Source: Chamaesiphon sp. (lineage in GTDB: Bacteria > Cyanobacteriota > Cyanobacteriia > Cyanobacteriales > Chamaesiphonaceae). From it: 64,000 nucleotides of DNA. Under the pieces are notes generated by a model that was not told the origin of the DNA, searched no databases, and saw only the letters and a list, made by a program, of their open reading frames with translations. Numbering within the stretch: position 1 is the stretch's first letter; every line of letters begins with the position of its first letter. Below, piece after piece: positions 1-10,130 of this stretch. The position numbers were made by a program, and so were the translations under genes. The stretch spans positions 32,001 through 96,000 of the forward strand of contig CBDFFH010000005.1 of the NCBI GenBank assembly GCA_965246715.1, read 5' to 3'.

Positions 1-1
1 C

Positions 2-3000
2 TCCAGCTCCACCTTTGATGACATCGTTACCCGCACCACCGTCGAGGATATCGTTACCCGTACCACCATCGATCGAGTCTGCTCCAGTACCGCCAGTAAT
101 GCGATCGTTACCAGCTTCGCCCATCAGGGTATTAGTGCCGCCAGCAGCCGTAATCGTATCGTTACCATCGCCACCAAATAAGGTGCTGTTGCCAGTGCCA
201 CTGGTGAGAGTATCGTTACCGCCATAGCCGAACATTTTCACGGCGGTGCTAGAGGTAGCTGTAAATACATCATCACCCGCACCACCAGCGACTTCTTCAA
301 TGCTCGTAGCATCGAGATTGAGGGTAACTCCAGTGCTGCCTTGATAATTAGCAACATCGTAACCCGCGCCACCATTAATAGTATCGAGATTATCGAAGTT
401 GAGGATGTCGTTACCCCCCCCACCAGTGAGAATATCGGTACCAGCTCCACCCGTTAAAGTATCATTACCATCGCCACCGTCGAGGGTGTCATTACCCGCG
501 CCGCCGTCAAGGATGTCGTTACCCGCGCCAGCATTAATGGTATCGTTACCATCTTCACCGTAGAAACTTTCATGCCCAGCACCACCAATTAAGGTATCAT
601 TACCACCTTGTCCGTGCATTTCGACGCTACCAGTACCAGAATTGGTGAAGGTATCATCGCCACTTGCACCATAGGCAACCTCGATGTTCGTCGCACCCAA
701 ATTGAGAGTAATAGCTTGAGTACCTTGCAAAATTGCCGTATCGTAACCCGCACCACCATCGATCGAGTCGCTAGTATCGAACTTTAAGGTATCATTACCA
801 TCGCCACCAAGGAGGGTATCGGCACCAGCACCACCGTCGAGGGTATCATTTCCGGCACCGCCGAGGAGGGTATCATTACCAGCATCGCCTTGGAGACTAT
901 CGTTGCCATCACCACCGGAGAGGGCATCGTTACCATCGCCACCGAGGAGGGTATCTTCACCAGCCGCACCGAAGATCGTATCGTCGCCCGTACCGCCGTT
1001 GAGATAGTCGTTGGCGCTACCACCAGAGATATTATCTTGTCCGCCATTCCCAAAGATCGTTACGCTAGTCGCGGATAAACTACCACTGCCATTGGTATTA
1101 GTAAAGGTATCGTTACCTGCATTGCCTTGAACTTGTTCGATGCCACTAGCACCCAGATCCAGACTAGCTCCAGCTATAGAATCTACAATTGCCACATCAT
1201 AACCATCGCCACCGAGAACGCTAGTATCGGCAGCATCAAAGAATAACACATCGTTACCCGCGCCACCCTGCAAGCGATCGATTCCCGCACCGCCACTGAT
1301 GACATCATCGCCGCTACCACCATCGATCGTATCATTGCCATCGTTGCCAGCTAACCAGCCGTCGTTACCAGCACCGCCATCGAGGGTGTCATTACCGCTA
1401 CCGCCTTCGAGGACATCTTTACCATCACCACCAGCGAGCAAATCGTTACCATCACCGCCATTGAGGTAGTCATCGCCTGCATCGCCGCTGAGATTATCAT
1501 CATCGGCATTACCAAAAATGGAATCGTTACCGTCGCCACCGCTGATGGTGTCGTTACCCGCACCACCAGAAAGCGCGATATCGTTACCAGCACCACCGCT
1601 AATCAGATCGGCACCGTCGCCGCCATCGACAATATCCGCACCATCGCCAGCAATAATGGTATCGTTACCAGCACCACCTTTGAGAGTGTCATCGCCAGTA
1701 CCGCCATCGAGGACATCTACACCATCGCCACCATCGAGGATGTCATTGCCATCGCCACCATACAATCGATCGTCACCTTCATTCCCCAGTACGATGTCAT
1801 TACCCGCATCGCCGTAGACGAGATCGTTACCCGCGCCACCTGCAACCACATCGTTACCGATACCACCATAGACAGTATCATCGCCGGCACCACCATCAAG
1901 CCAACCATCATCACCCTCACCACCGATAAGGATATCGTTACCCGCGCCACCCATCAGGATATCGTTACCGATGCCACCATCCAGGGTGTCGTTACCAGCA
2001 CCGCCATCAAGAACATCGTTACCCGCCTCACCATAGATGAGATCGTTGCCATCGCCACCGGATAGCCAGGTATCATTCCCCTCGCCACCATAAATTTTGT
2101 CATCACCAATTCCGCCTTCGATGCTGTCATTACCAATACCGCCATAGAGGAGATCGTTACCCGCACCACCATTGAGGGAGTCGTTACCATCGCCACCATA
2201 CAGAGTATCGACACCATCTTCGCCAGCCAAGACATCATCGCCATTACCGCCAACGAGCAAATCGTCACCAGTACCGCCCAAGAGAGTATCGTTACCGTCG
2301 CCACCATCGAGAGCGTCATTACCAGCACCACCATTGAGAAAATCATTGCCAGCCAAACCCATCAGGCTATCGGCACCATCATCACCATAGATCGAGTCTG
2401 TATCTTGTCCGCCGATGAGGGTATCGTTTCCATCTTCACCGTAGAGAACGTTATTGCCACTACCACCTTGTACTAAGTCATCGCCACTACCACCATGGAG
2501 AATATCGTCGCCAGCACCACCATCTAAAATGTCATTATCTTCGCCACCGTCGAGGATATCATTACCATCTCCACCAGAGAGGGTATCGTTGCCAGCCATT
2601 CCCAGCAACACATCATCGCCAGCATCGCCATAAAGAGTATCATCCCCTTCCGCACCGCGCATTTTATCATTGCCATTGCCACCATAAATGGTGTCATTTC
2701 CTTCGCCACCATACAAGCAGCCGTCATCGCCTTCGCCGCCGTAGATGATATCATTGCCAGCTCCGCCGTCGATCCAATCGTGTCCATCGCCGCCGTAGAT
2801 GATATCGTCGCCAGCACCGCCACTGAGATTATCCTCACCAGCACCGCCGTACAGAGTATCGTTACCCGCATCGCCATCGACGATATCGTTACCATCTCCA
2901 CCCATTAGAAGATCCGCACCATCGCCACCTTTGAGTGTATCGTCACCAGTACCACCATCGATCGTATCGTTACCGACACCGCCATCCAGGAGATCGACAC

Positions 3001-4213
3001 CAGCACCGCCGTAGAGAGTATCGTTACCCGCATCACCATAGAGCGCGTCGTTACCATCGCCGCCATAGAGTGTGTCATTCCCATCACCCGCAATTAAAAT
3101 ATCATTGCCAGCCTCACCATAGAGCGTGTCATTCCCATCACCGCCGACGAGATAGTCGTCGCCATTCCCAGCAATTAAGGTATCGTCACCAGCTTCGCCA
3201 TAGAGTGCGTCATTACCATCGCCACCGATGAGTTTATCATTGCCCAAACCACCTTTAAGCAGATCGACACCTGCTCCGCCATCGAGGACATCATTACCAT
3301 CCCCACCATCCAGGTAATCATCGCCAGTACAACCATAGAGAGTATCTTGTCCGTCACCACCCATTAATTTATCGTTATCGTCACCACCCATTAATTTATC
3401 GTCACCTGCGCCGCCATCGAGGACATCATTTCCTGCGTCCCCATAGAGGACATCGTTGCCGTCGCCACCAGACATCCAGTAGTCGTCGCCAGCACCGCCG
3501 ATGAGTGTATCATCTCCAGCTTCGCCCTCTAACACATCGTTACCGTCGCCGCCGATGAGTTTATCGTTACCCGCACCACCTTTGAGATAGTCAGCACCCT
3601 CGCCGCCATCTAAGACATCATTGCCATCGCCACCATCGAGATAGTCATTACCAGTACCACCTTGGAGCAGATCGGCACCAGCACCACCCATTAATTTGTC
3701 ATTGCCCGTACCGCCATTGAGGATATCGTCGCCATTACCGCCATCGAGGATATCGTCTCCAGCGTCGCCATTGATGATATCGTTGCCATCGCCACCAGAG
3801 AGCCAGTAATCATCGCCCTCACCGCCATTAATTTGGTCGTCACCCGCACCACCTTCGATCGAGTCTTTGCCTAAATTTCCCAACAGCACATCATTGCCAT
3901 TTCCACCGATGATGATGTCGTCATACTCACTGACACCGTTAGCGGAGGTAGTCGCAAATCCATTACCAGTAGAATCGATCGAGCCGATATAGACATATTT
4001 ACCCGTAATCGCATCTCTAACCCATCCAGCGCGATCTCCATGGTCGCCATCGACCCAATCATCGCCATCATCAGCGATTAGGGTATCGTTACCCACGCCG
4101 CCTTGGATCGTGTCATCCCCTGCCATACCGACGATGAAATTATCGTTGCTGTCTCCATACAAGTTGTCATCATTATTAGTACCAACGATAAAAGTTAAAT
4201 TAGATGATGTCAT
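2..4213 (-). CDS. Giant RTX/hemolysin-type calcium-binding repeat protein (partial; at least 1404 aa, runs off the left edge)
   Basis: ATG at 4213 preceded by AGGAG. Translates MTSSNLTFIVGTNNDDNLYGDSNDNFIVGMAGDDTIQGGVGNDTL, then continuous GGxGxDxLx nonapeptides. The frame is the same at both ends of the stretch. Absent from the ORF track because no stop lies in the window. Confidence 0.92.
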   Translation of the reverse strand, partial: MTSSNLTFIVGTNNDDNLYGDSNDNFIVGMAGDDTIQGGVGNDTLIADDGDDWVDGDHGDRAGWVRDAITGKYVYIGSIDSTGNGFATTSANGVSEYDDIIIGGNGNDVLLGNLGKDSIEGGAGDDQINGGEGDDYWLSGGDGNDIINGDAGDDILDGGNGDDILNGGTGNDKLMGGAGADLLQGGTGNDYLDGGDGNDVLDGGEGADYLKGGAGNDKLIGGDGNDVLEGEAGDDTLIGGAGDDYWMSGGDGNDVLYGDAGNDVLDGGAGDDKLMGGDDNDKLMGGDGQDTLYGCTGDDYLDGGDGNDVLDGGAGVDLLKGGLGNDKLIGGDGNDALYGEAGDDTLIAGNGDDYLVGGDGNDTLYGEAGNDILIAGDGNDTLYGGDGNDALYGDAGNDTLYGGAGVDLLDGGVGNDTIDGGTGDDTLKGGDGADLLMGGDGNDIVDGDAGNDTLYGGAGEDNLSGGAGDDIIYGGDGHDWIDGGAGNDIIYGGEGDDGCLYGGEGNDTIYGGNGNDKMRGAEGDDTLYGDAGDDVLLGMAGNDTLSGGDGNDILDGGEDNDILDGGAGDDILHGGSGDDLVQGGSGNNVLYGEDGNDTLIGGQDTDSIYGDDGADSLMGLAGNDFLNGGAGNDALDGGDGNDTLLGGTGDDLLVGGNGDDVLAGEDGVDTLYGGDGNDSLNGGAGNDLLYGGIGNDSIEGGIGDDKIYGGEGNDTWLSGGDGNDLIYGEAGNDVLDGGAGNDTLDGGIGNDILMGGAGNDILIGGEGDDGWLDGGAGDDTVYGGIGNDVVAGGAGNDLVYGDAGNDIVLGNEGDDRLYGGDGNDILDGGDGVDVLDGGTGDDTLKGGAGNDTIIAGDGADIVDGGDGADLISGGAGNDIALSGGAGNDTISGGDGNDSIFGNADDDNLSGDAGDDYLNGGDGNDLLAGGDGKDVLEGGSGNDTLDGGAGNDGWLAGNDGNDTIDGGSGDDVISGGAGIDRLQGGAGNDVLFFDAADTSVLGGDGYDVAIVDSIAGASLDLGASGIEQVQGNAGNDTFTNTNGSGSLSATSVTIFGNGGQDNISGGSANDYLNGGTGDDTIFGAAGEDTLLGGDGNDALSGGDGNDSLQGDAGNDTLLGGAGNDTLDGGAGADTLLGGDGNDTLKFDTSDSIDGGAGYDTAILQGTQAITLNLGATNIEVAYGASGDDTFTNSGTGSVEMHGQGGNDTLIGGAGHESFYGEDGNDTINAGAGNDILDGGAGNDTLDGGDGNDTLTGGAGTDILTGGGGNDILNFDNLDTINGGAGYDVANYQGSTGVTLNLDATSIEEVAGGAGDDVFTATSSTAVKMFGYGGNDTLTSGTGNSTLFGGDGNDTITAAGGTNTLMGEAGNDRITGGTGADSIDGGTGNDILDGGAGNDVIKGGAG

Positions 4214-4481
4214 TTTTTGCTGCTCCTATAACTGAATAGTTAAAATATTTAATCGATTGCAGCTTTTGAAAAATATTCGATCGAGCCGCTCACAAGACTT
4301 TTATATCTCGATTGCACAGGTGTAGAACATGCTGAAATTACCAATCTTTTTCTAGGTGCAAATACTAGAAAGTCACTCAGTAAGCTCTAAAATCCAGTGA
4401 CAGAGCCAAGATTTTCTACGTAAGATCGGGAACACACAAACAGCGGATGTCGATCGCCTGAATGTGAGTTTGTATAAATAA

Positions 4482-4516
4482 CATATCCCCGACTTTTGCA
4501 AAAAGTCGGGGATATG
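4482..4516. repeat. 16-bp perfect inverted repeat (REP-like or terminator)
   Basis: CATATCCCCGACTTTT-gca-AAAAGTCGGGGATATG, downstream of the response regulator. A related hairpin lies at about 57816-57842. Confidence 0.75.
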
Positions 4517-4563
4517 AGTGAATGCTGACGACTGAGTACCGAACTCGAGAACGATCGATTATG

Positions 4564-5268
4564 TTAATTTCCGCCACTGTTGAGTAAATTAAATTGTTTG
4601 AGAAAGCTGACATTATCCGGTGTCAAAAACTTATGCAGTCCCTCAACTTCATTGAGCAATTTAATTTCTTGCTGACATTCAGCCCGCAAAATTTCCAAAT
4701 GTCGATCGCGTGTGGCTCCCGATGGTAAACTTTGAATTGTTGCTAAAGCTAGGCTAATTTTAGTCACTGTTTGACGTAATTCTGCAGTAAAACTTTCAAA
4801 GATCCGATCTTTAGCTTGGTTGAAAGTTTGTAAATTTTGAATTTTCTTACTGAAATTTTGATATTCTTGATGTCTGTTAAAATAATGCTGCATCATTCTC
4901 GCACTGCGTTCTAGCTGGATGCGGACGGCTTTTAATAATTCATCACCAGTAAAAGGTTTGGTCAAATAGTCATTTGCACCTAGTTCCATCCCTTGACGGC
5001 GATCCTGGTGGACGGATTGCGCTGTCAAAAAGATAAACGGTATAATCGCTGTTTCTGGATGATTTCGCAAGGCAGCCAAGACTTGATAGCCATCCATTGC
5101 TGGCATCAGAATATCGGAAACGATCAGATCGGGGCACTCTTTTATCGCCAACTTCACCCCAATATCACCATTCTCAGCGACGATCGTTTGAAAATTTTCC
5201 AATTCTAAAATTTCCTGAATATTGTGCCTAACATCGGCAGTATCTTCAATAATTAAAATCTTATTCAT
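4564..5268 (-). CDS. Response regulator (REC domain plus His-less HisKA-like helical tail)
   Basis: KILIIED, DLIVSDILMPAMDG, FLTA, DYLTKPF; tail FTAELRQTV. Confidence 0.9.
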   Translation of the reverse strand: MNKILIIEDTADVRHNIQEILELENFQTIVAENGDIGVKLAIKECPDLIVSDILMPAMDGYQVLAALRNHPETAIIPFIFLTAQSVHQDRRQGMELGANDYLTKPFTGDELLKAVRIQLERSARMMQHYFNRHQEYQNFSKKIQNLQTFNQAKDRIFESFTAELRQTVTKISLALATIQSLPSGATRDRHLEILRAECQQEIKLLNEVEGLHKFLTPDNVSFLKQFNLLNSGGN

Positions 5269-5519
5269 AGCCGCTCGATCTTGACACTTTTATAACTTAA
5301 TATGCCCAAAATTTATTAAAGTATTTCATTAGTTCGAATTTTGCATATATTCTTTTATGATGCTTCAAGCCGATCGAGAACGCACCTATTCTTCGTGTTC
5401 TCCGTTGTCAGGCAGATCGATCGTGAAACAACTCCCTACCCTCGCTCTAGTTATTTCTAACGATCGATATCTTTATTTCAGCTACCTAAAACCAAAGCGG
5501 TTTGTGGAAAAATCTGCTG

Positions 5520-8500
5520 CTATCTGGCGTTGACGAGTGTTTCGATCGTCGAAACAAGTTGACTGAGCCTGAAAGGTTTACTCATATATTCATTTGCTCC
5601 CGCATCTAAGCATTTTTGGCGATCGTTGGGCATGGCTAGAGCTGTCAAGGCAACGATTGGAATCGTAGCGCAATCGGGGAGCTGACGAATGCACCGAGTT
5701 GTCTCAAAACCATCCATTCCTGGCATCTGAATGTCCATCAAAATGATGTCAGGACGTTGTTGGATCTCAGCCGGCTCATTAGCGCATTCGAGTAGAGAAA
5801 TTGCTTTGTGGCCGCTTTGGGCCACAGAGATCGCATAACCACGACTTTTAAGATAGGTAGTCATAGTTTCGATATTGCCCTCATCATCTTCCACCAACAA
5901 AATCGAGGTTTGAGACTTAACCACTAGAGTTGCCGCCGGAGCGGTATCTGTCGTCAGCGGATATACGAGCGGATCGGCTGAGACAACTGCAATCTCTGGA
6001 CTCGGGTCGCAAGGTATCAAGATCGTAAAACAACTGCCCCGATTTACTTCACTCTGGACAGAGACATTACCGCCATGCATTTCCACAATCCGCTTGACTA
6101 ATGCTAATCCCAGCCCCGTTCCCGCATACTGACGACTGAGACTGCTATCAATTTGGACGAAGGACTGAAACAGTTTATCCATGTTCTCAGGGGCAATCCC
6201 AATCCCTGTATCGATAATCGAGAAGGCAATTTGCCATCGAGGTTGTGCTGGGGATTGTGGCTCAATCGATCTAGGACCGTCTCCCCCTCGTCCGTCCACA
6301 ACCCGCACATCCAAAGTAATATCCCCCCCTTCAGGAGTAAATTTGACAGCATTGCTGAGTAAATTGATCAGGACTTGACGAAAGCGGAGATCGTCTACCC
6401 GAACTTTTAGCTGTTTGAGCGGTTCTGGTAGTTGGGTATTCAATCTAATTTGCCGTTTGTGGGCGAGTTCTTTGATAAATAAAACACTATTTTGACATAG
6501 CAATTGAATCGATACATCTGTCAATTCAAGTGTAAACTTATTAGCTTCGATCTTAGAAAGATCGAGAATATCATTGATTAAAGCGAGGAGATGTTTGCCG
6601 CTCTTTTCGATCGTAAAAATTGACTTTTGTTGTCGCTCGTTGATGGCACCAAAAACCTGGTCTTGTAAGCTTTCAGATAGACCTAAAATGGCATTGAGCG
6701 GCGTGCGCAGCTCGTGACTCATACTTGCCAAAAACTCATCCTTGAGTCGAGTGGCACGAGCAAGTTCTTGGTTGGAGATGGCAAGTTTGTGGTTACTTTC
6801 TAGCAATCGTGCCTCTGCTTGCGCTCTTTCTGTCAATTCTTGCTGTAACTTCTCAAACAAATTTGCTTGATGAATGGCGATCGCGAGTTTGTCAGCAATT
6901 TGTTGGAGTAATTTGGCTTCAGCATCCTGCCAACAACGTTGAGAGCTACAGGAATGGATACTCAGCAATCCCCACAGATGCGGTTCATCCCAAGTCTCGA
7001 TCTCCGGATCGGTTTCACTATTGCCAGATAGCAGTAAGATCGGTGCGACAATTTTAGACTTAACCTGGATGTTCTCTATATATTCCTGCAAATGTACCGA
7101 CCAGGGATCTTGCTGGAAATCGACGACAATATTGGTGTTACCATTTAAGTAGAATTCAAATTCTTCGTCGCTTAATCGTTCATTTTCCCAATTTCTCACC
7201 AGTACACTAGGATATTCGGGCGAGACAACTTCTTCGACAGCGCGCAGCCGAAGATCGGGAGATACCCTGAAAATAGCCACCCGATCGACCATCATTAATT
7301 CCTTGACGCGGACAGTTGCCGTTGCCAGAACTTCTTCTACTTTCAACGAATTGCGGATTTGCTGAGCGATCGCGCCTAGTGTTTTTTGCTGGAGCAGTTG
7401 GTGGGCGATCTCCTCTTCTGCCCGCCAGCGGATATCTAGTTCTAACTGGACTTTTTGATAGAGGGTTGCTTGTTGAATGCCAATCCCGATCTGTTCGGCA
7501 ATTTGTTTGGCAAAATTAATTTCACTCTCTTGCCAAGACCGATACGCTTGGCAATGATGGATACAGAGCAATCCCCATAAGCTGGAACCATCGAACAATG
7601 GGATGACTAAATTTGCCCGCACCTGAAATTTTTTGGCTAAAATCTGAATCTCATAATCCGGCAATCCAGTCGGATGGATATCTTCTAGTACATTGATTCG
7701 ATCTCGATCGTACCTCCGTGTTAACTGTTCGCCAAAATGAGCATCGTAAATTTTTACTCCCAAAATCGGCTCGAATTCATTACCTACAGATTCGGCAACA
7801 AATTCACCCTCATTAAAGTTGAGCTGGGGATCGAATTTAAAGATCCCCACTCGATCTGTATTCATAAATTGACGGATCTCTTGCACCGCAGTCCCAAAAA
7901 TAGTCTTGAGATCTAGAGATCGCCGAATCCGCTGGGTAATTCCGCGCAAAACTGATTCCCGTTCCGCTTGTTGCCGAATTATTTGTTCGTTCTGGAGGCG
8001 GATCGCTTCGTCGCGCTTGGTTGCGGTGATATCAAAGTTGATGCCAATGATGCTGTATGGACGTTCTTGTTCGTCCCGTTGTACCAGTCCATAAGCTTTG
8101 ATAAAATGGATACTATTATCGGGATGAATAACTCGAAATTCTGTGTCGAATTCCGCCTCACCTAAAAGCGCTTGTGCTAGCAGAGCTTCAGTCTGAGTCC
8201 GATCGTCTAGATGGATAGTCCTAGCCCAGGTGGCGTAAGCCTCACCATGTTCGGAGCCGGGAAGGGCTGGTTGTGCCCCATATAGTTCGTACATGCGATC
8301 GTCCCAAATCAAGCAATCTCGAATAATGTCCCATTCCCAACAGCCGACAGCACCAGACTTGAGTGACAAAGACAACCGTTCTGATATTCTGTGCAATTTA
8401 GTTTCGGTGTGTTTGCGCTCGGTAATGTCTTGATAGGTGCCCATTACGCCGATGATTTCACCCTTGAGATTACGCAACGGTATCTTGTGGGTCTCGACCC

Positions 8501-9908
8501 AGATCGAGGTCCCATCTGAATGAGTTTGGGTTTCGATAATTCCCAATTTTGCCACACCTGATTCGATGACCTGTCGATCGTCAGCGCGGTAAATATTGCC
8601 TTCCATTTCACCCCAGACAAGATCGTAGTCGGTTTTGCCGACGATCTCTTCAGGGTAGGTCAAATTAGCATTTTGAGCGAAGTTGGAGTTACAACCCAAA
8701 TAACGAGATTCTCGGTCCTTCCAAAATACGGCCAGTGGTAAAGTCTCAATTAAAGTTTGCAAAAATTGCCGAGATTCGCTCAAGGCTACTGCTGCTTGCT
8801 TGCGGATTGCGGCTTCGCGCTTGGCGGTGGAAATATCCTGGAAAATGCCCCGGATTGCCACAGCATGTCCATCCACATAGCGATAATTCAAACTACCTTC
8901 GACAATTGCTTCTTGGTTGGTTTTGGTCAGCAACTTCAGCTCTAGGCGATCGATAGTTGGGAATATTCCGGCCTGCAACTGTTGGATCAGATTCTGAAAC
9001 CGATCGTGTTCGTCTGGGTGCAAAATATCAAAAATCGTGAGTCGATCGATTTCTGGTGTTGGATAACCTAGCTTTGCTTGCCATGCTCGGTTGACATATT
9101 CAAATTTGCCATCGTTGATGGCAATACTCTGGATCAAATCGTTGGCATTATCAAAAAATTCCTGAAGTTGAGTTTCTCGCTCTTGTAATTGGGTGGTGCA
9201 TTGCTCGATTCTAGATTCCAGTTCGGCGTTGAGACTGTAAACTCGTTCGTATTTGGCTGTGAGTTCTTTGGTGCGCTCCTCAACGTGAAATTCTAAGTCA
9301 TCATCATTCCACCTGGGCTGTTGGCTAGTCTGCCGTTCCACCAGTGCGACTTTTGCGCCTAAACTTAGTACCTGCGATCCTAATGCCTCAATTAAATTGT
9401 ACAGAGCTAGTGGATCTAACATTCGGTGGAGACTCTCAGGAGTTACTAGTCCCACCACACAATGACGCTCGTCAACAATTGGTAAGTGGTCGATCTGGTG
9501 TCGATCGAGTAGATTAGCCGCTACAAATATATTGGTAAAATCCGTTGCTCTGATGGTGATGACATTCGCTCTCATCACATCACGGATTGATACATTGGCT
9601 AAATTTCGGTCTTCGGCTCTGAGCCGCACGAGATCTGATGCTGTCACAATACCCAACAGTTTCCCGTCTTCAACGATCGAGAGCCAACTACTTGGCTCGG
9701 GTGCTTCCTGTGGGAGCGATAATCGATCCAATCGACTGCTATCTACCGACGAATCGACTACTTGAGTACCGCTGAGGTAGGCAATCGCCGCCATTACCGT
9801 CGTCTCTGGAGTCACCACTAGGGGTTGACAGACAAATCTCTGCCATAGTGGCTGCGCCAACGCTGAGAGAAGTTCAGATTGAGGGAGAATCGGTACAGGG
9901 TTTAGCAT
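5520..9908 (-). CDS. Hybrid sensor histidine kinase (CBS-CBS-PAS x3-GAF x2-HisKA-HATPase-REC)
   Basis: CBS pair, PAS/PAC motifs (DITERK), two GAF domains (LWGLL), H-box SHELRTPLN, N-box NAVKFT, DTGIGI, GTGLGL, C-terminal REC DIILMDIQMP. Confidence 0.95.
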   Translation of the reverse strand: MLNPVPILPQSELLSALAQPLWQRFVCQPLVVTPETTVMAAIAYLSGTQVVDSSVDSSRLDRLSLPQEAPEPSSWLSIVEDGKLLGIVTASDLVRLRAEDRNLANVSIRDVMRANVITIRATDFTNIFVAANLLDRHQIDHLPIVDERHCVVGLVTPESLHRMLDPLALYNLIEALGSQVLSLGAKVALVERQTSQQPRWNDDDLEFHVEERTKELTAKYERVYSLNAELESRIEQCTTQLQERETQLQEFFDNANDLIQSIAINDGKFEYVNRAWQAKLGYPTPEIDRLTIFDILHPDEHDRFQNLIQQLQAGIFPTIDRLELKLLTKTNQEAIVEGSLNYRYVDGHAVAIRGIFQDISTAKREAAIRKQAAVALSESRQFLQTLIETLPLAVFWKDRESRYLGCNSNFAQNANLTYPEEIVGKTDYDLVWGEMEGNIYRADDRQVIESGVAKLGIIETQTHSDGTSIWVETHKIPLRNLKGEIIGVMGTYQDITERKHTETKLHRISERLSLSLKSGAVGCWEWDIIRDCLIWDDRMYELYGAQPALPGSEHGEAYATWARTIHLDDRTQTEALLAQALLGEAEFDTEFRVIHPDNSIHFIKAYGLVQRDEQERPYSIIGINFDITATKRDEAIRLQNEQIIRQQAERESVLRGITQRIRRSLDLKTIFGTAVQEIRQFMNTDRVGIFKFDPQLNFNEGEFVAESVGNEFEPILGVKIYDAHFGEQLTRRYDRDRINVLEDIHPTGLPDYEIQILAKKFQVRANLVIPLFDGSSLWGLLCIHHCQAYRSWQESEINFAKQIAEQIGIGIQQATLYQKVQLELDIRWRAEEEIAHQLLQQKTLGAIAQQIRNSLKVEEVLATATVRVKELMMVDRVAIFRVSPDLRLRAVEEVVSPEYPSVLVRNWENERLSDEEFEFYLNGNTNIVVDFQQDPWSVHLQEYIENIQVKSKIVAPILLLSGNSETDPEIETWDEPHLWGLLSIHSCSSQRCWQDAEAKLLQQIADKLAIAIHQANLFEKLQQELTERAQAEARLLESNHKLAISNQELARATRLKDEFLASMSHELRTPLNAILGLSESLQDQVFGAINERQQKSIFTIEKSGKHLLALINDILDLSKIEANKFTLELTDVSIQLLCQNSVLFIKELAHKRQIRLNTQLPEPLKQLKVRVDDLRFRQVLINLLSNAVKFTPEGGDITLDVRVVDGRGGDGPRSIEPQSPAQPRWQIAFSIIDTGIGIAPENMDKLFQSFVQIDSSLSRQYAGTGLGLALVKRIVEMHGGNVSVQSEVNRGSCFTILIPCDPSPEIAVVSADPLVYPLTTDTAPAATLVVKSQTSILLVEDDEGNIETMTTYLKSRGYAISVAQSGHKAISLLECANEPAEIQQRPDIILMDIQMPGMDGFETTRCIRQLPDCATIPIVALTALAMPNDRQKCLDAGANEYMSKPFRLSQLVSTIETLVNAR

Positions 9909-10130
9909 GTTGTGTTGGAAAGTATGCTCTTGTTTAGAGTGCCCTCACTTCAAGTCAAAATGACCACTTTGAATCCGAGCGTGTTATATCTATCTCAGTC
10001 TATATTTGAGCCGATCGTCACCCAGCATTGGGAGATCGGGATGTATTCTCGGTACTGATGGCAAGTAGAGAGTTAATTTGGCGATCGAAATGGGCATTTT
10101 AGAATATATATAGATATGGAAGTAATTTAG

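Noticed and set aside
15..4071. About 17 short ORFs on both strands in the track
   Set aside because: Off-frame and antisense shadows of the repetitive RTX gene
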